Source of the DNA: Candidatus Kapaibacterium sp.
GTDB lineage: Bacteria > Bacteroidota > Ignavibacteria > Palsa-1295
Direction of reading: 5' to 3'
NCBI GenBank assembly: GCA_035632315.1
Contig: DASQGZ010000047.1
Span: forward strand, 685 to 64,684
DNA length: 64,000 nt
The notes beneath the pieces are model-generated. The model had not been told where the DNA came from and made no database searches. It saw only the letters and a list, made by a program, of their open reading frames with translations. Below are positions 20,383-26,816 of the stretch, piece by piece. Within the stretch, counting starts at the first letter, position 1. Every line of letters begins with the position of its first letter. The position numbers and the translations under genes were made by a program.

Positions 20383-20414
20383 AAAAAACCCCAGTTGCGA
20401 ACAACAGGGGTTTT
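20383..20414. terminator. rho-independent terminator after rpoZ (bidirectional shape)
   Basis: AAAAAA-CCCCAGTTG-cgaa-CAACAGGGG-TTTT: 9-position stem (8 pairs, 1 mismatch), 4-nt loop, A-run on one side and T-run on the other. Lies 37 nt downstream of the rpoZ stop. Confidence 0.7.
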
Positions 20415-20450
20415 ACGAAAAAAGCTCTGAAATTGTTACTGACGGTGCAG

Positions 20451-20753
20451 TTACTCCGGTTCACGTTCGCGGAAACGGAACGTGAGTTTATCGCCCATAA
20501 ATTCTTTGAGAGATTCAGCGGTCGGCTTGCCGCGTTTTTCGATCTCAAGGGATATGCGCATCTGGTCGAAATTCGTTGTCTCGATCTCGTCGTCGTCCTC
20601 TTCCATCGGAACAAGTGTCGAAATGCGAGCCATATACTCGGTTTTGATCTCTTCGTTGATCTGGCGCGCTCTTTTTGCAGTGATGACCACCGCCTGATAA
20701 AGCGTATTGCCTTTTTCGCCCATTTTTTCGAGATCGAGGGGTTGAATTGCCAT
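20451..20753 (-). CDS. rpoZ: DNA-directed RNA polymerase subunit omega
   Basis: 100 aa. NTLYQAVVITAKRARQINEE is the RpoZ core motif. A hairpin terminator follows. Confidence 0.8.
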   Translation of the reverse strand: MAIQPLDLEKMGEKGNTLYQAVVITAKRARQINEEIKTEYMARISTLVPMEEDDDEIETTNFDQMRISLEIEKRGKPTAESLKEFMGDKLTFRFREREPE

Positions 20754-20833
20754 TTTTTATCCTTCTAATTTTGGGAAGCAAACAACAGAGATATGGTTGG
20801 GAAGGTTCAGCATGGGCGCTATTGGCCGATTAT

Positions 20834-21700
20834 TCACCCCCTTGCCTGCATCCAAGACACGAGTTTTTCTAAATGCGCTTTCATCTCATCAGCAGCCAGC
20901 TCGACCCGTTCTCCGTGACCCGGAAGCACTCTGCGGAAATCATACGCAAGTAATTTCTTCATCGAGCGGGTTTGCTCGCCCCAATCGTACCAACACACAC
21001 TTCTTCCGGCACCGAGCGTCTTGCGATTTCTGCTCCACCAAAGATGATCGCCAGTAAAAAGAATATCTTTATACAACAATACGCAGCTTCCGCGCGTATG
21101 ACCGGGAACGGGAATGATCAGATGATCGCTTGTGATCGCAACAGGATCCTCGCCATCGATGAGCATTTCCGCATCAGGCTCAGCACGCTGATCGGCGCGA
21201 TGAATAATGCGCGTTGCCGAAAAATGTTTTGCGTAGCGATGGGCATCGGCAACGTCGTCCTGATGCGAAAGAAAAATATATTTGATACCGCCCCACTCTT
21301 CGAATTTTTTGACAAGCTTCACTTGATATTTCGGCGAATCGACGAGCCAGTTACCTTCGGGATGCCTGATGAAATAACTCGACGCGCCGAACGAATCGGG
21401 GGATGCGTAGCCATTGTAATAGATATTCTCTTCGAGTTCGAGGGGAAGACTGTCGAATGCAGGTATGAGATCTATTTTTTCTGTTGTGCCGATCGAACCT
21501 GTCGGGCAAGAGATCAGCGCGCGCGATGCTCTTAATGTTTCTTCGGAAGTGACAGGCTGACGATATACAGATGAATACGAGCCCACATCGGCGAATGTCT
21601 CAGGCGCAAGTTCGCGGCAGGTATCGCAATCAATACAGGTATCATCGACGAAGAACAGTCCGTCGATATTCTCAGCAACTTTGCGAGCGTAATTCGCCAT
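20834..21700 (-). CDS. ferredoxin-domain / MBL-fold metallo-hydrolase fusion protein
   Basis: 288 aa. N-terminal CIDCDTC ... CP single-cluster ferredoxin pattern, then MBL motifs LSHQDDVADAH, PVPGHTRGS, FTGDHLW and LPGHGE. Confidence 0.75.
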   Translation of the reverse strand: MANYARKVAENIDGLFFVDDTCIDCDTCRELAPETFADVGSYSSVYRQPVTSEETLRASRALISCPTGSIGTTEKIDLIPAFDSLPLELEENIYYNGYASPDSFGASSYFIRHPEGNWLVDSPKYQVKLVKKFEEWGGIKYIFLSHQDDVADAHRYAKHFSATRIIHRADQRAEPDAEMLIDGEDPVAITSDHLIIPVPGHTRGSCVLLYKDILFTGDHLWWSRNRKTLGAGRSVCWYDWGEQTRSMKKLLAYDFRRVLPGHGERVELAADEMKAHLEKLVSWMQARG

Positions 21701-21711
21701 AACTTTACATT

Positions 21712-21784
21712 GGTAGCCTCAGACTCTAGTCTGCACAAGAGATATTAAGACGCTCAAGATACCAGGCTAAAGCCTGAGGCTACC
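21712..21784. repeat. intergenic palindromic (REP-like) element
   Basis: 11-bp inverted repeat GGTAGCCTCAG (21712-21722) / CTGAGGCTACC (21774-21784) with a 51-nt spacer. Each arm region holds a nested palindrome (CAGACTCTAGTCTG; CAGGCTAAAGCCTG). Confidence 0.6.
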
Positions 21785-21793
21785 GACATACAA

Positions 21794-22312
21794 TTAATAC
21801 TCTATTAAGCGTAATACGCTGCGACCTTCCAGCTGTTTCCTGCCGTCGAGAAACGTCAGTTCGATAAGAAATGCAAGTGCGCTTACCGCACCGCCGAGCT
21901 GCTCGACGAGTGAACAGGCAGCATTCGCCGTGCCACCGGTGGCAAGCACATCGTCAATGACGAGGACATGTTCGCCCGCTGTAATCGAGTCGTTATGCAT
22001 CTCGATTGTGTTGGTGCCGTACTCAAGGTCGTAAGAGATGGAAATTCTGTCAGCAGGAAGTTTATTTTTTTTTCGCGCCATTACGAAACCTGCGCCGATA
22101 CGATCGGCAAGCGGTGCGCCGAAGAGGAATCCCCGCGATTCGATACCGACAATTTTATCGATCACAACATCTTTCACTAATTCTTCAAACGCATTGACCG
22201 CTAATCGAAAAGCGTCAGGATTTTCAAGCAGCGGAGAAATATCTTTGAAGACAATTCCCGGTTTCGGAAAATCGGGAATGTCACGAATGTATGATTCCAG
22301 TAATGACGGCAC
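21794..22312 (-). CDS. apt: adenine phosphoribosyltransferase
   Basis: 172 aa. PRPP-binding motif VLVIDDVLATGGTANA and N-terminal IRDIPDFPKPGIVFKDISPLL. Confidence 0.92.
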   Translation of the reverse strand: MPSLLESYIRDIPDFPKPGIVFKDISPLLENPDAFRLAVNAFEELVKDVVIDKIVGIESRGFLFGAPLADRIGAGFVMARKKNKLPADRISISYDLEYGTNTIEMHNDSITAGEHVLVIDDVLATGGTANAACSLVEQLGGAVSALAFLIELTFLDGRKQLEGRSVLRLIEY

Positions 22313-22339
22313 GAATTTTCTAATCTATTAAATGTATGC

Positions 22340-22494
22340 TGTCATTCCGAGCGGAGTCTGTCGTGACCAAAGGGAGCGACAAACGGAGAGAGGAATCTAT
22401 ATAATAAATATAGTCCCCTATTAACCTTCGAAACAAATGAGGATCTATTTTATTTTACAGATTCCTCACTTCGCTTTGCTCCGTTCGGAAAGAC
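22340..22494. repeat. inverted pair of a GTCATTCCGAGCGGAG...GAGGAATCT-type intergenic motif
   Basis: The left copy (22341-22398) is GTCATTCCGAGCGGAG..GAGAGGAATCT. The reverse complement of the right copy (22459-22494) is GTCTTTCCGAACGGAGCAAAGCGAAGTGAGGAATCT. An AT-rich spacer of about 60 nt separates them. Confidence 0.65.
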
Positions 22495-22520
22495 AACCTG
22501 CAAGTTTTTCTCAAAAAAAA

Positions 22521-23054
22521 CTACGACACATACGCCCGAAGCATCCACGCCATTTTTTCATGCTGCTCCATCAGTCCGGTCAGGAAATCGCATGTTCCGG
22601 CATCATGATATTTTGTCTGCGCCGTTTCGAGATCGGCGCGCAACGATTGAATGATCCGCTCGTGATCATCAAGCAGGTTCGCGATCATCGCTTCGGCTTC
22701 CGGATTTTTGCCGGGTTGTTCTTTGAGCCGCGTATTGTCCAGAAATTCTTTCATCGTACCGGCAGCAGTTCCTCCGAGGCTTCGGACACGCTCAGCGACA
22801 TCGTCAATGATCGTATCAAGTTGGTCATATTGCGCTTCGAAGAATTTATGCATCTCCATAAAATCTGTACCCGTCACATTCCAATGATATTTTCTTGTTT
22901 TCGTGTACAGAAGATATTCATCGGCTTGCAATACCGTTAACAAACGATTAACGCCGTCTCTCTCTTTTTGTGACAATCCTATTTCAGTTGCTCTTGATTG
23001 GTCTTTCATATTCATTCTTTCTCTTTGATAAATATAGTTCAAAAATACGCACAC
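22521..23054 (-). CDS. dps: Dps family DNA starvation/stationary-phase protection protein
   Basis: LLTVLQADEYLLYTKTRKYHWNVTGTDFMEMHKFFEAQYDQLD ferroxidase-site pattern. ATG at 23015 (MNMKDQ) is the likelier start. Confidence 0.88.
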   Translation of the reverse strand: MCVFLNYIYQRERMNMKDQSRATEIGLSQKERDGVNRLLTVLQADEYLLYTKTRKYHWNVTGTDFMEMHKFFEAQYDQLDTIIDDVAERVRSLGGTAAGTMKEFLDNTRLKEQPGKNPEAEAMIANLLDDHERIIQSLRADLETAQTKYHDAGTCDFLTGLMEQHEKMAWMLRAYVS

Positions 23055-23062
23055 TCCTGTAC

Positions 23063-24025
23063 TTAGAGATCGAATTTCAATCCGAATACCATTGTCTGTT
23101 CGAGCTGGCGGCGCGGGGAGATGTTACGATCGTAGAGTACGTGCATCGTGTAGTCGATGCTCAAGAATTTATATTGCAATCCTGCTAATAGCAGCGACCC
23201 GACGCGTGAGTTCTTTACGTCTTTGGTAAAATCCTGTTTTGTCAGCACTACTGTTCGGTCGCTGGCTCTGAACGTTAAATTTTCTCCGATCTTTTTTGTG
23301 TATGCCAGTTCCAAAATGCCGCTGTACCCGCTTTCGACAGTGAATTGATCCTGCACATGCTGCAGCGGATTGTTTTCATCAATGACGAATTGTCGATTCT
23401 GTGCGAGCACGAATTTATTCGTGACCGTCTGTTGATACGCATAGCCGACACCGATCACGAATTCGAACTCTTCATTGCCATCGGCGCTCACGATGTGTGT
23501 TTTATGTCCGAGAAAAAGTGTCTCATACAAAAACAGCGGATCGAGAAATTTCGTCGGGACGCTATCGACCATTCCGGGTCCCATTTCCGTCTCGGCGGTC
23601 ACTTCAAAGAAGAGCCTGAGCCCGGCTTGCTTCGAGAGTGTCATTGACGGCACAAGCGAGAGCTGAAGATTATCCTGCACTTTTTTTGGCGGGGCGTCAT
23701 GCGTAACCGAAGCGCCGTACTGTGCGAAAAGCGTACTGTTGAACTGATACGGCTCGCCCTCGTAAGAAAATCGGGCCTGCAGCTGCGCAAGCCACTGAAG
23801 ATTGTCGCTCTCCTGCTGGTCTTTGCTGATGCTTTGGAATGTGAAGCCAATGCTTGGCGTGACTTGATAGGTTGTCGTGTGGGTTTCTTGCAAAGGCACC
23901 GGTTCGGTAGTCGTTGTCTTTGCGACCGTCGTATCAACGGTTTTCGTGAGCGTACTATCGTGTTGTGCAAACACAGGAGACGACATCGCTATCAACAATA
24001 CAAAAAAGAGTAGTGCGCGTTTCAT
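23063..24025 (-). CDS. putative outer-membrane beta-barrel protein
   Basis: 320 aa. Signal peptide MKRALLFFVLLIAMSSPVFAQ, alternating amphipathic strands, C-terminal ..VFGLKFDL. No named family assigned. Confidence 0.5.
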   Translation of the reverse strand: MKRALLFFVLLIAMSSPVFAQHDSTLTKTVDTTVAKTTTTEPVPLQETHTTTYQVTPSIGFTFQSISKDQQESDNLQWLAQLQARFSYEGEPYQFNSTLFAQYGASVTHDAPPKKVQDNLQLSLVPSMTLSKQAGLRLFFEVTAETEMGPGMVDSVPTKFLDPLFLYETLFLGHKTHIVSADGNEEFEFVIGVGYAYQQTVTNKFVLAQNRQFVIDENNPLQHVQDQFTVESGYSGILELAYTKKIGENLTFRASDRTVVLTKQDFTKDVKNSRVGSLLLAGLQYKFLSIDYTMHVLYDRNISPRRQLEQTMVFGLKFDL

Positions 24026-24037
24026 AGTATTACTCCT

Positions 24038-24574
24038 TTATGACGAACGAGGCACGGGCGGCGTGACAAGATATTCGGCGCTCTTGCCTTTCGGAATAGA
24101 TAACGTTTTCCACTGTTCTTTTCTGATCATCTTTGCAATATACACGATCTGCCCGATATGATACCCATAATGCGATACTTGCCGCTGCAATGCTTTTATG
24201 ACGGTATGCGGTTCGCGGCGGATCATCACCGTTCTTATCAGGTCGTCTTCTGTTAACGAATCGAGCGTATCGAAAAAGACTTTGTAGCCGCGATCGAGAA
24301 ATGATTTGATCGAGGAGGCAGTGTCATTATCGGTCACGAATTCGCTATCTCGGTCACGGTCCGGTTTTTCGCCGTCGCTTGTGAGAAAATCCGTCCAACG
24401 CGAGATCATATTACCGGCAAGATGCTTGACGATGACTGCTACGCTGTTGCTTTCGGGACCCGGCTGCCAGAATAATTCTTCGTCGGATAATTGAACGAGC
24501 GTTTTATCGAGCATCTGTTTCTGTGAGCGAAAGAGCGATCTCGTTTCGTTTAAATACTCCGTTGCAATAGTCAT
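24038..24574 (-). CDS. DinB-superfamily (DUF1572-like) protein
   Basis: 178 aa. Four-helix DinB-like pattern with conserved His positions (VKHLAGN..., HYGYHIGQIVYI). Its start overlaps the upstream stop (TAATG). Confidence 0.62.
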   Translation of the reverse strand: MTIATEYLNETRSLFRSQKQMLDKTLVQLSDEELFWQPGPESNSVAVIVKHLAGNMISRWTDFLTSDGEKPDRDRDSEFVTDNDTASSIKSFLDRGYKVFFDTLDSLTEDDLIRTVMIRREPHTVIKALQRQVSHYGYHIGQIVYIAKMIRKEQWKTLSIPKGKSAEYLVTPPVPRSS

Positions 24575-24912
24575 TATATTCCATCCTCCTTATTCAATTC
24601 ATAACTTTCTTTTATCTCCGTGATCCGTACCGCATATTCGTCAAACCACTTCTGTTTTCCAAGCCGCTGTGCTTCTTGATGAAGCGCTACTTCTTTCCAG
24701 CGTTTAATGTCGGCAAGTGTTCGCCAGTAACAGACTGTGATGCTTTCGCCGCTTGCATTGTAAACGCTTTCCATTGACAAGAAGCCTTCTTCGTTCTTCA
24801 CGAGTTCGTCAATGCTGGCTCCCATTGTGCCGAACGCATCGTCGTCCGATGTACTCAAAGACGAAAAGATCACGGCATAGCACGGTAGTGTTAGTCCTTT
24901 TGATATGAACAT
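24574..24912 (-). CDS. antibiotic-biosynthesis-monooxygenase (ABM) domain protein
   Basis: 112 aa. YAVIFSS...GFLSMESV...ITVCYWRTLADIKRWK...H..AQ fits the ferredoxin-like ABM fold pattern. Confidence 0.6.
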   Translation of the reverse strand: MFISKGLTLPCYAVIFSSLSTSDDDAFGTMGASIDELVKNEEGFLSMESVYNASGESITVCYWRTLADIKRWKEVALHQEAQRLGKQKWFDEYAVRITEIKESYELNKEDGI

Positions 24913-25547
24913 ACAAGTCTTCTGCGGTTAGTTTCTTTCTCGATAAAATCTTCCTTGCTGCTCTCGTGAAGTTCTTTACCGAAGAGAGCGAGATCTTCAT
25001 CCGTGATCGCCCAGGGAAACGTATCTTCAGTCTGATCGGGCGCCCAGCCGCGTGCGATCACGAGCAATGTCCCCTTGGGTGCGAGAAGATCCGTCACTGC
25101 TTCGATCGCCCGTGAGCGAATATCACGCGGCAACGCCTGCACCGTATAACATTCGAGCACAAAATCGAATCCGCGTTTCCACGAAGGATCGGGAGCGAAC
25201 AGATCGGAAGTAAGATATTGCACCGGTGAATTAGAGAATCGCTCCATGGCCCACTCAACTGCGTTTTTCGAAACATCGAACGCTGTGACACTAAATCCGC
25301 GCCGCGCGAGTTCTTCGGCATCGTCACCAAGTCCACAGCCTATCACGATTGCGCTCTTGCCTTCTCCCGAAGTATTTGTCCGGTCGAGCCACGTGACGAG
25401 ATACGGATTCGCTACTGTATCTGCCCACGGAATAACACTTTGGTCGCCATTGGCAGCAGCGTAAAAGTCGTCGAACCAATCGTATTTATCGCCTTTTGAA
25501 ATTGCATTGGCAGCACGTTGGGCAGTATCCAGGATTTGTTTATCGAT
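24891..25547 (-). CDS. class I SAM-dependent methyltransferase (start uncertain or non-canonical)
   Basis: SAM motif I AIVIGCGLGDDAEELARRGFSVTAFDVS. The ORF track starts at GTG 25346, inside motif I. The same frame continues upstream (ILDTAQRAANAISKGDKYDWFDDFYAAANGDQSVIPWAD...) to a stop at 25590-25592 with no ATG/GTG/TTG. Confidence 0.7.
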   Translation of the reverse strand: MDKQILDTAQRAANAISKGDKYDWFDDFYAAANGDQSVIPWADTVANPYLVTWLDRTNTSGEGKSAIVIGCGLGDDAEELARRGFSVTAFDVSKNAVEWAMERFSNSPVQYLTSDLFAPDPSWKRGFDFVLECYTVQALPRDIRSRAIEAVTDLLAPKGTLLVIARGWAPDQTEDTFPWAITDEDLALFGKELHESSKEDFIEKETNRRRLVCSYQKD

Positions 25548-26121
25548 CTTTGCTTGCCTCCCACTCGCGTTTAAGAATTGAAAACACTTTCATATTCCAT
25601 CGTTTGCCTTTGGTCACCGACGCTTCGCGAAGCGTGCCTTCATAACTCATTCCGCTTTTTTGCATCACCGCGCCGCTTGCAGTATGCTCCTCGGCGTGAA
25701 GCGCTTCGATGCGGTTGATGGAAGTCTTGGTAAATATTTCTCCAATCAACGCACGCAGGGCTTCGGTCGTGTAACCTTTATTCCAATAATCGTCATGCAG
25801 GGCATAACCGGTTTCGAGTTTATCCTGTTCGAGATTGATCTTGTGGATCCCAATAGTGCCGATGAGCTTACCGGAATCGCGAAGAACAATTGCCCAGACG
25901 ACGCCAAATTCGAGCGGCTTTCCGTTCGTCGCTCTGTCAATAAATGCTTCGGAATCCGTTACACTCTGATGTGTCGGGAACACAACATATTTCGTCACGT
26001 TGTCACGCGAGCAATATTCGAAGATCGCCGGCGCATCGTCAGGGTGAAGCCCGCGCAGCAACAGCCGCTCGGTAACAATTTCCGGCGGTGAAACAAAGAA
26101 GTCTGGGGTGGCAGATGTCAT
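25540..26121 (-). CDS. GNAT family N-acetyltransferase (RimJ/RimL-like)
   Basis: 193 aa. TERLLLRGLHPDDAPAIFEY and acetyl-CoA-binding region YWNKGYTTEALRALI. Confidence 0.85.
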   Translation of the reverse strand: MTSATPDFFVSPPEIVTERLLLRGLHPDDAPAIFEYCSRDNVTKYVVFPTHQSVTDSEAFIDRATNGKPLEFGVVWAIVLRDSGKLIGTIGIHKINLEQDKLETGYALHDDYWNKGYTTEALRALIGEIFTKTSINRIEALHAEEHTASGAVMQKSGMSYEGTLREASVTKGKRWNMKVFSILKREWEASKDR

Positions 26122-26305
26122 AGCATAATTTATCTTTTATTTAGTATATTTGTAGTAGTTTCATTCCCATAAAATAAATTTTATTATTACTAGCCTACCC
26201 ATGGCACATAAAAGTAGAAGAAAAGCGGAGGGTATAGAGCCGGACAAGGAAGGTACCGAAGGCGAAGCGGAGAACAGCTGATTATATTTGGTGGAAGGAG
26301 AAAAA

Positions 26306-26530
26306 ATGAATAAAGAACGAAAAGAGTATTATGTAATCGCAATTATTATAGTTACCCTTTTTACTTTACTCGTTATCAATTCTTATCTGCACATTATGTC
26401 TGCTCCGGTAAAATGGAGCTTAATAGGAGTATATATGTTGTTAGCCCTGAGGGGTTTGCAATTAAAACTGCGGAGAAAAAAAAGGCGCAAAGACCTAATC
26501 ACAGAATTGCAGAAAACAATTATCTCTTAA
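26306..26530 (+). CDS. small two-TM membrane protein, hypothetical
   Basis: 74 aa from ATG 26306 (ORF-track TTG at 26288). AAGGAG lies 5 nt upstream. Two hydrophobic helices then a basic tail LRRKKRRKDL. Sits in a block that is 27% GC on a sampled line. Confidence 0.35.
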   Translation: MNKERKEYYVIAIIIVTLFTLLVINSYLHIMSAPVKWSLIGVYMLLALRGLQLKLRRKKRRKDLITELQKTIIS

Positions 26531-26689
26531 AACCCCTTTTTTACTGCCTGTGCTGCGTCAAGTATATAATTACCAAATAAAACGATGGGCACCTATTGCA
26601 TTTTTGTCAAGTCGTTCGTATTTTTGTATAAGAATGTTTAACCATGATTTTCAGGATTAAAAAGATTGACCCCAAGGATGGAATTCAAC

Positions 26690-26720
26690 AAGCCGGCCCC
26701 GTATGCCGGCTTTGTCGTTT
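26690..26720 (+). terminator. rho-independent terminator in the AT-rich island
   Basis: AAGCCGGC-cccgtat-GCCGGCTT followed by TGTCGTTT. Confidence 0.6.
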
Positions 26721-26816
26721 AAGGGGGAAGGTGGTGTGGGGTACAGCGGATGGGATGAAAAATAACGGAGTTACAGACCGACGTTTAGCGTGTGACACAT
26801 TCCCGCCGGACATTTA

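Noticed and set aside
22065-22073. A T9 (A9 on the coding strand) homopolymer inside apt (MARKKNK), as a possible slipped-strand phase-variation site. Similar A8-A9 runs occur at 7763 and 26473.
   Set aside because: The runs simply encode Lys-rich stretches in intact reading frames of housekeeping genes. There is no evidence of frameshifted variants.
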